The notes under the pieces are model-generated. The model did no database searches and had not been told where the DNA came from. It saw only the letters and a list, made by a program, of their open reading frames with translations. From an uncultured Bacteroidales bacterium (GTDB lineage: Bacteria > Bacteroidota > Bacteroidia > Bacteroidales > FEN-979): a DNA stretch of 64,000 nt. The position numbers and the translations under genes are program-made. Every line of letters starts with the position of its first letter. The first letter of the stretch is position 1. Shown here piece by piece: positions 50,889 to 62,160 of this stretch. The DNA lies in the NCBI GenBank assembly GCA_963785325.1, contig CAWAVC010000016.1:31963-95962 (forward strand), read 5' to 3'.

Positions 50889-53800
50889 TCACGCCATAGT
50901 CTTCGGTGCCGGGAAAATGAGTTCGAAAGTAGTTCCGGCACCTAACTTCGATGTAAAACTTATTTCTCCTCCAAAGCCCTGAATGATGCTTTTTACTATT
51001 GCAAGACCCATTCCCATACCACCAGATTTTGTAGTGAAATTTGGCTGGAATATTTTGTTTGACAATTCCGCTGAGATTCCTCCACCATTATCTGATATTT
51101 TTATACTGTATTTATCGTCTTTCGATTCAAAATGAATGCTGATTAATCCTTTCTCTTTATTTCCGATAGCATGTATTGCATTATTTATCAAGTTGGTGAA
51201 TACTCTCAAAAGTTGTTTTCTGTCTCCTATAATTTTGTGCGGGATATGGGTGTCGTATCGAAATTCGAATCGGATTCTTGAAGTGTCCTGATATAATGCT
51301 TCGATATTTTCAAGGATTTCACTAAGATCCAGCTGTTCAGTTTTTGTCACTGGCATTTGGGCAAAATCTGAAAATTCAGATGCTATGGCTGATAAAGATT
51401 CTATTTGTTCTGTCATGGTTTCTGTAAATCGCTTCAGCTTTTCATCCCAATCAGGAGTATGATCTTTCCATGCCTTTTCAAGATGTTGAACACTAAGTTT
51501 CATTGGTGTCAGTGGGTTTTTTATCTCATGTGCAACTTGTCTGGCCATTTCCCGCCATGCTGTTTCACGTTCCGATCTGGCCAATAATTCTGCGCTTTTT
51601 ACAAGTTCATCTATCATCCGGTTGTATTCGTCAACCAATTGCCCGATTTCATCTTTCCGTTTCCATTTGATCTTTTCGTTTAGTTTCCCATATGAGAATT
51701 GGCTAATCCTTGATGTCAATGTTCTTAGCGGACGACTAATGTAGTTTGAAACAACAAGAGCAAGAAATATTCCCACAATAATAAAGAAAATATATACATT
51801 TATAAATGTGACAAGAAACGAAGAAATTTCTTTTTTAAGGTCATCCTGTCGGGCAAAATAAGGCAGGTTTATATATGCCAGTAATTGATTTCTTTCATTG
51901 AAGAATGGAATATAAGCTGAATAATATCCATTTTCACCTATCTTTTCCTTGTGAAAATAATATGAATTATGAAAGTAATTCAATTGTGAGAAGGCTTCTC
52001 TATTCATGAGTTTAGAAGACAATCCATTTTCGAAGATCTCCGGTCTTGAAGTGGCAATCATTCTTCCCTGGGGGTTGTAGAGATTAACATCCACAAAAAA
52101 AACATTGGAAAATTCAGTCATCATTCCATTGAGTTCTTCCTTTCCAAGATTCGAAAGATCAACAGAATTTCCAATTTTATGTTGTAAATCAACTAACAGG
52201 GAATGAGTATGTTCACTAAGGTTTTCCTGATTTTTTGAAGTATTTAAATGAATAATATTATAAACAGTAAGTACTCCGGTAATTAATAGAGATATTGCAA
52301 GAATCCCTGACATGGATAACTGCAAGCGTTCATCAAACCGTGAAAAAGAAATGTTCACTATATCCGAAAACCGGATTATCATAAAAAAGATGATAGAATA
52401 GATTGCGAAGAAGAAAAAAAGATAAGAAAATGGGGCAACCTTATCAAGAAATGAACTTTCTTTCTTGCTGATTATGAGTACATTACTTTTATCAATTGGA
52501 TAACAGTAATGACTATAACCTTGTAAGGAATAATAATGAGCAATTAAAAGAGATTGATCTACTTCCTGATCGAGCTCAAGGTTATATTGAATATTCCCGA
52601 CACGATGAGTTAGTTTTCCATTTCTATAATAGGCATAAGAATAATCAGAGAGATCTGGTATTTGTCCTTCTTTTTTATCAATAAGTAATTCAGGATATCC
52701 TATATCTTTGAATATCAATTTAGAACTGATTTCAATATAAGCAGTTTGCATGATTGTTGATTTTTTCTCATCAGTTAAAACCGGTATAACTGCCAGATAA
52801 TTTTTATAGCCATATCCATAGTCAAGAAAATACAGAGATTTGCATAAGGTGGGTTTACCCACTTCATTTATAATATTTTGAAAATAAGTTTTACAATTGA
52901 TCAGATAATTATTGGGTCGTATCTGCAGCATTTTATTTTCTGAACAAACAGTGGCCTGTAAAGTATAATTGTTCCAGTATCCTTTAAAATATTTGTTCTG
53001 CAGATACCGTTCAATACTGTCACCTGTTTCATAAGAATTTGACTGAGTATCATTTGAGATGATATTCATTAGCAAGGAATCGCTCAGGATTTTTTGTTCA
53101 GTTTTCGAGTACATCAATTCTGCTAACGCATCTTGTGTTGTGCTCAATTTTAAAGCAAGAAGTTTCCGTTTTTCTTTCTCTATTGATTCATTAAAATAGT
53201 TTAGAATAAAGGTTCCTGTTATAGAAAAGAAAATAAGATAAAGGACAATCCTGGATAGAGAGATATCGGCAATTTTTTCTCTGTTTGTGATTTTAATATT
53301 TTTTATTCCAAGCAGGTTAAAAATTGATTGACCCAAACGGATTGCTACCAGGAAAAAGGAAAGAAATATGGTAGATATGATAAAACAACCTAAAATACTG
53401 GAAAAATCCAGACTGGAAATATCCTGTAGATCGAACGGAATTGTTGAATTAACTACAAGGTCGTGAATAACTTCAAGGATAACAAAAAATCCAGCAAGAA
53501 CCAGAAAAAGTAAAGAGAACGCTACAAGAATTTTTTTCTTTTTATTTCTTTTTTGAGGTTTCAGAAACCAGGAATAATGTCTGAAAAACACGTAAGAAAT
53601 GAAGAGAAGCAAGATACTGTTTACAAGAAAATCACCAAGTGAGGGAAGAAAAAGGGAGGAAGAAAAGGATCCGGTCCAAAAAGTTTTGTTTTGTACAAAA
53701 CATTTGGTAAATGAAAATAAAACTGGAATAAGCGAATCAAAACAACATCAATGCTGAAGCTTAAAAAGAAAAGAATCTTTGAAGGGAAGTGATGTTCAAG

Positions 53801-54511
53801 TTTGCAGTACAACTTATAAAGTGATACCAGAAGCAATATAAAGCCTGAGAGATAAAGGATGAAAAGAATAAATATGTTATTTTGCGAAAGTTCAGAATTA
53901 ATAGGAATCTTCAGAAAGAAGAGAAACCTGCCATTATTGTTGAAGACAGAATTCGATCCATTGTTTATATCAATGTCAGTTCCTTCGGGAACATGAAATG
54001 CTTTCTCAAAAGTATTCTTTAAGTACTCATTTTCAAAGAGATATTTTTGCTTTATTAAAATCTGCCCAATATATATTTTTTTGAAATCTTTTTTTCTGAT
54101 CACTTCGTACCAGCCATTTTTCTGTTTGCCAAAATAATCTGTATCCCGGATAATTTTTCCGGATAATTTTTCCGGACAAGAAATAGAATTTGAGGACCAG
54201 TAAATCAGTGAATCATTTTCATAAATAAATAAAATTATCCCGTTTTGTTTGTACAATTCCTGAAATTCGTTTTCAACATTAACCAGGTTTTTATCCATCC
54301 GCTGAAAAGAAACTCCCTTTAATTTTTCGATCGTTTTTGAAAATATTTTTTCTTTCTGATGAAGAACCCTCGTGAATTTTTTTGTAACATTTTTAGGAAG
54401 TTCTTGTATGGAAAAAATTTCTCTTAGAATTATGGCCATAAAAATCAGAAGCATCCCGGCGAAAAAATATCCGAAAATTTTTCTTTTATCGATGCTCATA
54501 TTAATAGTCAT
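50889..54511 (-). CDS. Large multi-TM NtrY-like sensor histidine kinase with HAMP domain; frameshift near 53620-53670
   Basis: DEIGQLVDEYNRM (HAMP), AWREMARQVAHEIKNPL, NLINNA, DNGGGI, GMGMGLAI; N-terminal part lies in ORF 53621..54511. Confidence 0.88.
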
Positions 54512-54613
54512 TTTGTTTTTGAAAAATCAGCAAAAAAACAGTCCTTTAATTTCACTTATAAAGAACGATCGTCAGAAAATTGACCAATACTGTCATTAAA
54601 CACTTTTCGTATG

Positions 54614-55516
54614 CTATAAGTCATTATTTTCAATTTTTTCCTTTTTAAGGATAAAAATCAGGCTTGAATAATTTTTTTTGTTCTTGTTTGCAAAATTATT
54701 TGACCTAATACCATTTATGACTGCCTTAAAATAATTTTGATTTCCTTTTACATATTTTTCACTCAGTAGTGAAATGTAAAAGGCGTCGAGTTTCATAGGG
54801 ATAATCTTATCAATTTTAAAATGATGAACCTTGGCAAGACATTTCATTGTTTCACCGGAGAAATGATAAAGATGTCTTGGCAGGTCATATGCTGCCCAGA
54901 ATTTTCCGTAGTTACGGGCATCCCAGGAATCACTATTTGGTACGGCAATAATCAAGCTTCCATCGGGTTTTAAAATTTCCTCGATTTTTTGCATTCGTTG
55001 ATGTAACAAATGCACATGCTCTAAAACATGCCACATTGTTATGATATCAAATTCGGGATCAACGATATTGTCAAGATAAGATTCTTCCTGAACATCCAAC
55101 TGATATTTTACATTTGCAAATAATCTTGGTTTTTCAGCAGGTTCTATCCCTTTTACATCAAAGCCCATCTGGTTACAGAAAAAAATAAATTCACCAGTGC
55201 CGCAACCGATATCAAGTAATTTCTTGTTCCCGGCATATTTTTTTACAAGTCTGTATTTTTTTCTTATTGAGTAATTTCGTACTATTCTATAAATGTAATT
55301 CAATATGTTCTTCTTTCCACCATGGGAAACATAGTTGGGCGACTCGTAATATTTACTTATTTCTTCTGAATCTGGACGAGGGTTGACAAATTTCATTCCG
55401 CAACTTGCACACATTACGATTGTAAATTCTTCCTTTGTCAGAAAAAAATCAATGCTCTTTAAGAAGAGGACAAATTTTGTTTTTCCACAAACCGGACAAG
55501 AAGAAAGGTTTTCCAT
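54614..55516 (-). CDS. Class I SAM-dependent methyltransferase with N-terminal zinc ribbon
   Basis: CPVC..CASC, LLDIGCGTG, WHVLEH, PRHLYHF. Confidence 0.9.
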   Translation of the reverse strand: MENLSSCPVCGKTKFVLFLKSIDFFLTKEEFTIVMCASCGMKFVNPRPDSEEISKYYESPNYVSHGGKKNILNYIYRIVRNYSIRKKYRLVKKYAGNKKLLDIGCGTGEFIFFCNQMGFDVKGIEPAEKPRLFANVKYQLDVQEESYLDNIVDPEFDIITMWHVLEHVHLLHQRMQKIEEILKPDGSLIIAVPNSDSWDARNYGKFWAAYDLPRHLYHFSGETMKCLAKVHHFKIDKIIPMKLDAFYISLLSEKYVKGNQNYFKAVINGIRSNNFANKNKKNYSSLIFILKKEKIENNDL

Positions 55517-55528
55517 ATTTATCTTATT

Positions 55529-55544
55529 CGTTTCACGTGAAACA
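55529..55544. promoter_or_regulatory. parS site (ParB/Spo0J binding palindrome)
   Basis: CGTTTCACGTGAAACA, 15/16 match to TGTTTCACGTGAAACA, in the gap after mnmG. Confidence 0.85.
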
Positions 55545-55547
55545 ATT

Positions 55548-57422
55548 TTATCTGCCGATATAAACAATTAATACAGAAATGTCTGCAGGAGAAACCCCAC
55601 TAATTCTTGATGCCTGTCCAATTGTTTCTGGTCTAATTCTGGAAAGTTTTTCACGTGATTCCATTGAAAGGGAATTTAATGCATTGTAATTAAAATCACT
55701 CTTGAGTGGAATATCTTCAAATTTTGCTAATTTATCAACGATTTCTTGTTCTTTTAGGATATAATTCTCATATTTTACCAATATTTCTGCCTCTTCCAAC
55801 TCTTCATCCACATACGATTCCGACTTGCAATACTCCGATAATGACTTGTTTCCATCAATCAAATCAAAGATGTTTATTTGCGGTCTTAATAATAATGCTT
55901 CCAGTTTGACTCGCTGTGAAATAACTTTTGTTTCCTTACTTTCTAAAACCGTATTGATCTCTTTCGGGCTGATGCTTTCATTCATTAAAAAATTTATGAT
56001 CTTTTCAATATTTTTCTTTTTTTCTTTTACTTTTTCCATCCGTTCCTTGGATGCAAGGCCAATTTTATAAGATAAGCCGGTGAGTCTTTGATCTGCATTA
56101 TCCTGACGAAGTAATAATCGATATTCTGCCCTTGAAGTGAACATCCTGTAAGGTTCATCTGTTCCTTTGGTGATAAGGTCGTCAATCAGCACGCCTATAT
56201 ATGCTTGTGAACGGGTAAGAATAAATTGAGGTTTTCTGTTAAGTTTAAGATGAGCATTAATGCCTGCCATTAATCCTTGTGCAGCGGCTTCTTCATATCC
56301 TGTAGTTCCATTAATCTGCCCTGCGAAAAATAAATTATCTATGATTTTAGTTTCAAGATTAAGTTTTAATTGATAGGGAGGAAAGTAATCATATTCGATG
56401 GCGTATCCAGGTCTGAAAAATTTCACGTTTTCAAATCCGGGAATCTTTTGTAATGCTTCAAATTGAATTTCCTCAGGTAAGGAGGAAGAAAATCCATTTA
56501 CATAATATTCAACGGTATTCCATCCTTCCGGTTCTACAAACAGTTGATGTTGCTCTTTGGTCGAAAAACGTTCTATTTTATCTTCAATAGAAGGACAATA
56601 TCTTGGTCCTTTTCCTGAAATTCTTCCTGAAAACAAAGGCGATCGATCAAATCCTTTTCTTAGTATTTTATGAACTTCAGAATTTGTATAAGCAAGGAAA
56701 CAACTCTTTTGTATATCTAATTTTGTAGTTTCCGTGAAGGAAAATTTTCCAGGAATTTCATCTCCTTTTTGTTCTTCCATTTTTGAAAAATCCAGCGACC
56801 TTCCATCCACTCTTACAGGAGTGCCTGTTTTCATTCTTTTTGATACAAATCCGATCTTTATCAGGTTTTCAGTAAGTCCAATTGAAGCATTTTCACCAAT
56901 TCTTCCACCTTCAAAATGTTTTTCACCTATATGAATAATTCCATTCAGAAAGGTACCGTTCGATAATATGACTGTTTTCGCGTAAAATTCAATTCCCAAT
57001 CCTGTTTTCACACCAATTACTTTTTTCCCTTCAACCAATATTTCCTGAACGATATCTTGCCAGAAATTAATATTCTTTGTTATTTCTAACATTGACCTCC
57101 ACTTTTCAGAAAATTTTGTTCGGTCATTTTGTGATCTGGGACTCCACATTGCAGGTCCCTTTGATTTATTTAACATCCGAAATTGAATCATTGTATGATC
57201 ACATACAATGCCAGTATATCCTCCCAATGCATCAATTTCACGAACAATCTGTCCTTTAGCAATTCCTCCAATAGAAGGATTGCATGACATCTGTGCCATG
57301 TTTGTCATATTCATTGTGATTAGAAGTACGTTAGAACCAAGGTTCGCAGCTGCTGAGGCAGCTTCACAACCTGCGTGTCCTGCTCCTACGACAATGACAT
57401 CATATTTAGGAAATTTATACAT
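55548..57422 (-). CDS. mnmG: tRNA uridine 5-carboxymethylaminomethyl modification enzyme MnmG/GidA
   Basis: GAGHAGCEAA, MSCNPSIGG, KTGTP, GPRYCPSIEDK, AGQINGTTGYEEAAAQG, EPYRMFTSRAEYR. Confidence 0.98.
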   Translation of the reverse strand: MYKFPKYDVIVVGAGHAGCEAASAAANLGSNVLLITMNMTNMAQMSCNPSIGGIAKGQIVREIDALGGYTGIVCDHTMIQFRMLNKSKGPAMWSPRSQNDRTKFSEKWRSMLEITKNINFWQDIVQEILVEGKKVIGVKTGLGIEFYAKTVILSNGTFLNGIIHIGEKHFEGGRIGENASIGLTENLIKIGFVSKRMKTGTPVRVDGRSLDFSKMEEQKGDEIPGKFSFTETTKLDIQKSCFLAYTNSEVHKILRKGFDRSPLFSGRISGKGPRYCPSIEDKIERFSTKEQHQLFVEPEGWNTVEYYVNGFSSSLPEEIQFEALQKIPGFENVKFFRPGYAIEYDYFPPYQLKLNLETKIIDNLFFAGQINGTTGYEEAAAQGLMAGINAHLKLNRKPQFILTRSQAYIGVLIDDLITKGTDEPYRMFTSRAEYRLLLRQDNADQRLTGLSYKIGLASKERMEKVKEKKKNIEKIINFLMNESISPKEINTVLESKETKVISQRVKLEALLLRPQINIFDLIDGNKSLSEYCKSESYVDEELEEAEILVKYENYILKEQEIVDKLAKFEDIPLKSDFNYNALNSLSMESREKLSRIRPETIGQASRISGVSPADISVLIVYIGR

Positions 57423-57437
57423 GTTCCACGTGAAACA
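57422..57437. promoter_or_regulatory. parS site overlapping the mnmG start codon
   Basis: TGTTCCACGTGAAACA; lies between a minus-strand TATCTTTG element (57458-57465) and the ATG. Confidence 0.85.
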
Positions 57438-57620
57438 TTCAATTAGCAGATTTGATGCAAAGATACAATTTGCTCAATAGATACTGACCTTTTAAAGGGG
57501 TCATATTCTTAAGAAGGGAATTGGTTTTATATAATAATGGCTTTTTAAATATACTTACGATAATAAACACAATCTATAGACAAATGTTTTTAAGAATTTT
57601 ATTAGGGAGTGGAGTAAGTA

Positions 57621-57660
57621 CCCCACCTCTAATCCCTTCCCGAAGAGGGGAGTTGAAACA
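57621..57660 (+). repeat. REP-like hairpin repeat, copy 4
   Basis: CCCCACCTCTAATCCCTTCCCGAAGAGGGGAGTTGAAACA; downstream ATTGCTTTT also shared with copy 1. Confidence 0.65.
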
Positions 57661-57706
57661 GTACCACATTGCTTTTAAAAAAGGCTTTCCGGAGTGGCCT
57701 TATCAG

Positions 57707-58162
57707 TTAGAGATAAATAGTACTACTTCTAAATTCAAAGAAAAATTTTTTAAGATAATAATCTTCCCGTTTGGTCATAATTTTCTTCTCTTTCGTTCCA
57801 TAATCAGAATATCCGACAAGATGAAGAATCCCATGTACCATAACCCTTAATAATTCGTTATCAAAATCCTGATTAAAATCATTCGCATTTTCCTTTACTC
57901 TGTTGATACTTATAAAAATATCCCCTGAGATAATATTTTTATCATCCTGGTAAGGGAAAGTAAGAATATCCGTAAAAGTTTCCTGCTTTAGGTAAGTTCT
58001 ATTTAATTCGAAAAGGTAATCATCGCTACAAAAGATGAAATTGATATACCAGGGTCTTTTCTTTTCTTCACTGATGACGACATTAAGCCATTTTCTAATT
58101 CTAATTTTATCTTTCAAGATAAATGAAATGTCTTCACTGAAAAATTGTATTGGCAGACTCAC
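57707..58162 (-). CDS. ybeY: rRNA maturation endoribonuclease YbeY
   Basis: LNRTYL..TDILTF, GDIFIS, HGILHLVGYSD. Confidence 0.95.
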   Translation of the reverse strand: MSLPIQFFSEDISFILKDKIRIRKWLNVVISEEKKRPWYINFIFCSDDYLFELNRTYLKQETFTDILTFPYQDDKNIISGDIFISINRVKENANDFNQDFDNELLRVMVHGILHLVGYSDYGTKEKKIMTKREDYYLKKFFFEFRSSTIYL

Positions 58163-58172
58163 ATGTTTGATT

Positions 58173-58658
58173 TTAAGCCAGTGATTTTTGTTTATTAAAA
58201 TACTGGTGAATCTGTGAAATTCTATTAAGTGTAGTTTCCTGGTTGATACTTGAAATAAAAAATACGATTTCTACTACATTTCCTTTAGAATTATAAGATA
58301 CATAATCTGCAAGCGTGCGGATCAGAAAAATCCCTTTCCCCACATTTTCCGATAAAGGATATTCTGCTTCAATAGGATTTTTAATGTTTCTAAAATTAAA
58401 TCCGTTGCCTTGGTCAGTTATTTTAAAACATAGGCCATTCTGAATGCTTTTAAAACAAATTTGTACTTGTTTTTCCGGATTACTTTTATTCCCGTGTACA
58501 ATGGCATTTTTCACAGCTTCGAGTATAGCCATTAGAATGTTGCCATAATAAGAATTTGTAATATAGTAAGTTTCGCAAATCTCTTCTATGAAATTTTCCA
58601 CTTCTGGAAGGCTTTTGTCGGTGGAAGATATTTTTAGTTCTCTAAAATTCTTATTCAT
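58173..58658 (-). CDS. RsbW-like anti-sigma factor / HATPase_c ATP-binding protein
   Basis: EAVKNAIVHGN, DQGNGF, GKGIFLI. Confidence 0.85.
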   Translation of the reverse strand: MNKNFRELKISSTDKSLPEVENFIEEICETYYITNSYYGNILMAILEAVKNAIVHGNKSNPEKQVQICFKSIQNGLCFKITDQGNGFNFRNIKNPIEAEYPLSENVGKGIFLIRTLADYVSYNSKGNVVEIVFFISSINQETTLNRISQIHQYFNKQKSLA

Positions 58659-58662
58659 AAAC

Positions 58663-61600
58663 TTAATTAAATTTCAAAAAATAACTACTTATTTTATTCT
58701 TGTAAAAATAATTATAAGATGGCTGCACAGTTTTTAAAAGGTCTGTTGAAGCATTCTTTATACTGTTATACTGTAAATTTGGAAAAGGGTTACTTATTTT
58801 TGAGTTTTTTGCTTCATTTGATTGCCGTTTTTCTTCTTCACCTCTTTTCATTTCAGCTTTTTCCGATTCCAGCATACGTGTCAGTATTTCTTGTTGGCGA
58901 TTGATAGTTTCCTGAACAATTCTCTTGTTAACCAGGTCTTTTTGTGTTTCCTCCATTTTTTTCATAATATCGTTCATTTCCCCTTCACCATTTTTACTGC
59001 CTTCCTCATTAAGCTGGTCAACATATTTGCTCATTTCATTTCTGATTTCCTCCTGCTCAGCGGCAAGCTTCGCAAGTTTTTCGCTCATCCCTTTCCTCTC
59101 CATACTTCCAGATTTTTGTTGACCGCTTTTCATTGATTCCATTTCCTTTTTCAAACCTTCCATCTCCTTATTCAGTTGTTCCTGCATCCCCCGTATAGGT
59201 TTCATTGACATTTTTTTTCCTTTTCCACCAGGTTTATTGCAACTTGATGATCCTGCTTTTGAACCTGACATATTTGAGTTTTTTTCCATTTGTTTCATTA
59301 TATCCGATAACATCAAAGCCAGATTATTTACAGAAGTCATAACGAATTGCTGTTTTACGGCAGCAGTTGTTATATTCCTATTGTTAAGGTTTTTAACAGC
59401 TTCATCTATATTGCTGTTTATAGAAGAAACCTCTCTTAAAATATATGGTTTTATCATAATTTCTCTTTTCCCTAGTTGGTAAAGAGAATCTTCAACAGAA
59501 CTCAAATCTTCTTTCAGATTATTCTGATCCTGGATCAATGTCAAATATTTAGGATCGCTTTTATTAATTGTTTTTGTTCTCTTCATTTGGTCTTCCTGGT
59601 CAAATGATATTCTCAGCAGGTTTTCAAGAATCTGCCGAAGCATCGTCAGATCTTCCTCATTTTGCATGGCTTCCATTCCATCTTGCGATGATTGAAGTTT
59701 TTGGGCCATTGCACCCATTCTTTTTGATGCATTCTTTTGTGACTTACCAGCTTCCTGTTTATCGTTTTTATCCAATGATTCTATTGAATTGTTCATATCA
59801 CTGTCAATGTCCTGCTCATCCTTGCTTATATCGGGTAATTCATTTGGTTCCTGAAGTTCCTTATTTCTTTCCTGTAATTCATCTAATTTTTTCTTTGTAT
59901 CGTCAAATTCTTTTTTGATTTCTTTTTGTTGGTTTTTTATCTTGTCTTTGTCACTCTTTTTTTCGATAGTAGACTGTGATAATTTTTCCTGCTTGTCTGA
60001 AAGTTCTTTTAGCTTGTCGATTGATTCAGTAATGTTTTTCTCAAATTCAGCTTGTTTCAAAAGCTCTAAATTTCTGTCTAACTCTTTTTCAATATCCTTA
60101 TTGCTAATTTTCAGTTTTTCAAGTATTTGGCTAATCTGGTTCTTATCTATCTTGTCAAGCATGTTTCTCAATTCTTCAGCAAGTTTTTTAGTGTCTTCAT
60201 CCATTACCTGATTAAATAATTCATTTAGTTGATTTTGTTTATCAAGTATCGATTTATCAATATTATTGAATTGCTCCTCCAGGCTGTTTTTCTGCTCATA
60301 TTGTTGCGTGATCTTCCCAAGGTTTTCTTTAATTTGTTTTTGTTTTTCCAGAAGATCTTTAATCTCCTTTTTGTCCTGCCATGTCAGTGTATTTTTTTCT
60401 ATCAGTTTTTTATTCAACTCATCAATTTTTTTCTGTAAATCTTTTGCATCTTTTGCCGAACTTTGAATATCGGCTGCAATATTTTGTTCCTGTTTTGAAG
60501 TAATTTGTTCGATTTCTTCCTGTGTTGGTGCTTTGAATTTCAGCACTCCGGATCGTGTACATTTTGGTCCATGCAAACCATCATTATCACAAACTTCAAA
60601 ATAATAATCCATTTCATCACCCGGATTTTTTACTAATTCATTGATATCGAATGAATAATAAAATGACTGTTGATTTAGCGTTTTATTGAAAACTAAATTA
60701 TTCGTTTTGGTGTCTTTTAAAGAAGTGTCGCTTCCACTAATTAATGTATAGGTAAATGACAGCCTTGAAAAGCCATAATCATCCCTGATCACCCCCTGAA
60801 AAAACATCCTGGATTGTAAGACTGAATCTTTTTGTTGTTCGATAGTAATCGCCGGGTAAGAATCTGGAATGACAGTAATTGTATAGGAAAGTGAATCCTG
60901 TTGCTTTTTGTAGGAATTTTGAGCTTTCACAGAATAGCTTGTACTATTTGAAAAAACAGAACCATATTCAAAGGAATTGCTTTCCCCTTTATTAAATAAT
61001 TTTTTTTCGTTATTAATAAGTAAAAGCATATGATCGACATCCTTGGTAAAAAATTTCCAGTTCACTCTCGTACCTTCAGGAATAATGAGGTCTCCAGTGT
61101 TTTCAAGTATTTCATTTTTTCGATTTAAATATGCTGGATATATTAATCCTGCCTCAAAATTTAGAATTGTTGGTTTTGGATAAACTTTAAGTTCGAATTC
61201 TTTTGTTTGATATCTCCCTGTTTCCAAACGAAATTTTTGAGATTTCTGAAGTGTCTTAAAGGTATAAGAAAACAGGATCCGGCTAATTTTGTTCAGCTTA
61301 TAAGAAACCCCTTCATTAGCCAGGTAAATCTCATCCGGGAGGTTTTCTCCCGTTACTTTGATATTCAAGGTAAAATCTTCCTGCTGAAATGCCTCCAGGC
61401 TTTTATTCAAAATCAATATGTGAAAAGGCATCTCTTCTGGGTACAGTTTTGAATGGTGTATAATTCTTTCGGATGGCTTCATTATCATTGAAGGTGAAAT
61501 GAACAGAAGGAACAGTAAAATCAAAAAGGGTGGGAGTGTATATTTTAAAAATTTTTTGTTTTTCGAAAGGTCTATTGCAAGGCTAAATGGTATTGGTTTC

Positions 61601-62019
61601 AGTTTTATAATTTTCTGGTCGATCCCTGCTTTAAGCAGTTCAATATTATCTTTTTCCGATTCTTCAAGTTTTTTCAGTTGAAGAGTGTTTAAAAGTTTGT
61701 CTTTGATCTCCCCGAAATGTTTTCCAATGATCGATGCAGTCTGTTCGTGTGATATCATTGTTCCAATTCTCAATATTTTCATGAGGGGATCGATGATTAG
61801 AACCAGCAAAGAGGCACCATTTAACAAAACAAAAAGGTAAAATAAAATAGATTTTGGAATGATACCAAAGTGCAAGAAATACTCAAGTGTCACAAATAGA
61901 AGATACGAAACAAGCAGAATGGCAAAAAAAAGGAGTGATCCCCTGATTATCTTATTTCTGTAATACTTCCTGATAAATTCATCAAGCTTTCGAATCAATA
62001 TCTGATAAGAGTCAGTCAT
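58663..62019 (-). CDS. DUF4175-like membrane-anchored coiled-coil protein
   Basis: KLDEFIRKYY N-terminus, three TM segments, DDYGF, DNDGLHG, long Q/E/K/M-rich coiled coil; usual neighbour of ybeY in Bacteroidota. Confidence 0.75.
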   Translation of the reverse strand: MTDSYQILIRKLDEFIRKYYRNKIIRGSLLFFAILLVSYLLFVTLEYFLHFGIIPKSILFYLFVLLNGASLLVLIIDPLMKILRIGTMISHEQTASIIGKHFGEIKDKLLNTLQLKKLEESEKDNIELLKAGIDQKIIKLKPIPFSLAIDLSKNKKFLKYTLPPFLILLFLLFISPSMIMKPSERIIHHSKLYPEEMPFHILILNKSLEAFQQEDFTLNIKVTGENLPDEIYLANEGVSYKLNKISRILFSYTFKTLQKSQKFRLETGRYQTKEFELKVYPKPTILNFEAGLIYPAYLNRKNEILENTGDLIIPEGTRVNWKFFTKDVDHMLLLINNEKKLFNKGESNSFEYGSVFSNSTSYSVKAQNSYKKQQDSLSYTITVIPDSYPAITIEQQKDSVLQSRMFFQGVIRDDYGFSRLSFTYTLISGSDTSLKDTKTNNLVFNKTLNQQSFYYSFDINELVKNPGDEMDYYFEVCDNDGLHGPKCTRSGVLKFKAPTQEEIEQITSKQEQNIAADIQSSAKDAKDLQKKIDELNKKLIEKNTLTWQDKKEIKDLLEKQKQIKENLGKITQQYEQKNSLEEQFNNIDKSILDKQNQLNELFNQVMDEDTKKLAEELRNMLDKIDKNQISQILEKLKISNKDIEKELDRNLELLKQAEFEKNITESIDKLKELSDKQEKLSQSTIEKKSDKDKIKNQQKEIKKEFDDTKKKLDELQERNKELQEPNELPDISKDEQDIDSDMNNSIESLDKNDKQEAGKSQKNASKRMGAMAQKLQSSQDGMEAMQNEEDLTMLRQILENLLRISFDQEDQMKRTKTINKSDPKYLTLIQDQNNLKEDLSSVEDSLYQLGKREIMIKPYILREVSSINSNIDEAVKNLNNRNITTAAVKQQFVMTSVNNLALMLSDIMKQMEKNSNMSGSKAGSSSCNKPGGKGKKMSMKPIRGMQEQLNKEMEGLKKEMESMKSGQQKSGSMERKGMSEKLAKLAAEQEEIRNEMSKYVDQLNEEGSKNGEGEMNDIMKKMEETQKDLVNKRIVQETINRQQEILTRMLESEKAEMKRGEEEKRQSNEAKNSKISNPFPNLQYNSIKNASTDLLKTVQPSYNYFYKNKISSYFLKFN

Positions 62020-62160
62020 ATTTCTTTATTCTTGCTAAACAACGGGAAGTTGTGATATTTTATTTTTGCTGCAAAGGTACTTCATTCCTGAATTATCTCA
62101 TTTGTATCCATGGAAAATTACGCTACTTTTGCTGAATTAAACTAATATTTCGATCAATCA

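Noticed and set aside
55645..55662. Third parS-like sequence (TTTTTCACGTGATTCC) inside mnmG
   Set aside because: Only the core matches; several mismatches in the arms.
57438..57706. oriC in the AT-rich mnmG-ybeY gap, and the 109-aa ORF 57521..57850
   Set aside because: No DnaA-box (TTATCCACA-like) cluster is visible. The ORF overlaps ybeY antisense and runs through a REP-like repeat, so it is likely spurious.
58663..60560. Repetitive Q/E/K-rich sequence in the DUF4175-like gene
   Set aside because: Ordinary coiled-coil composition; no DNA-level tandem repeat unit.
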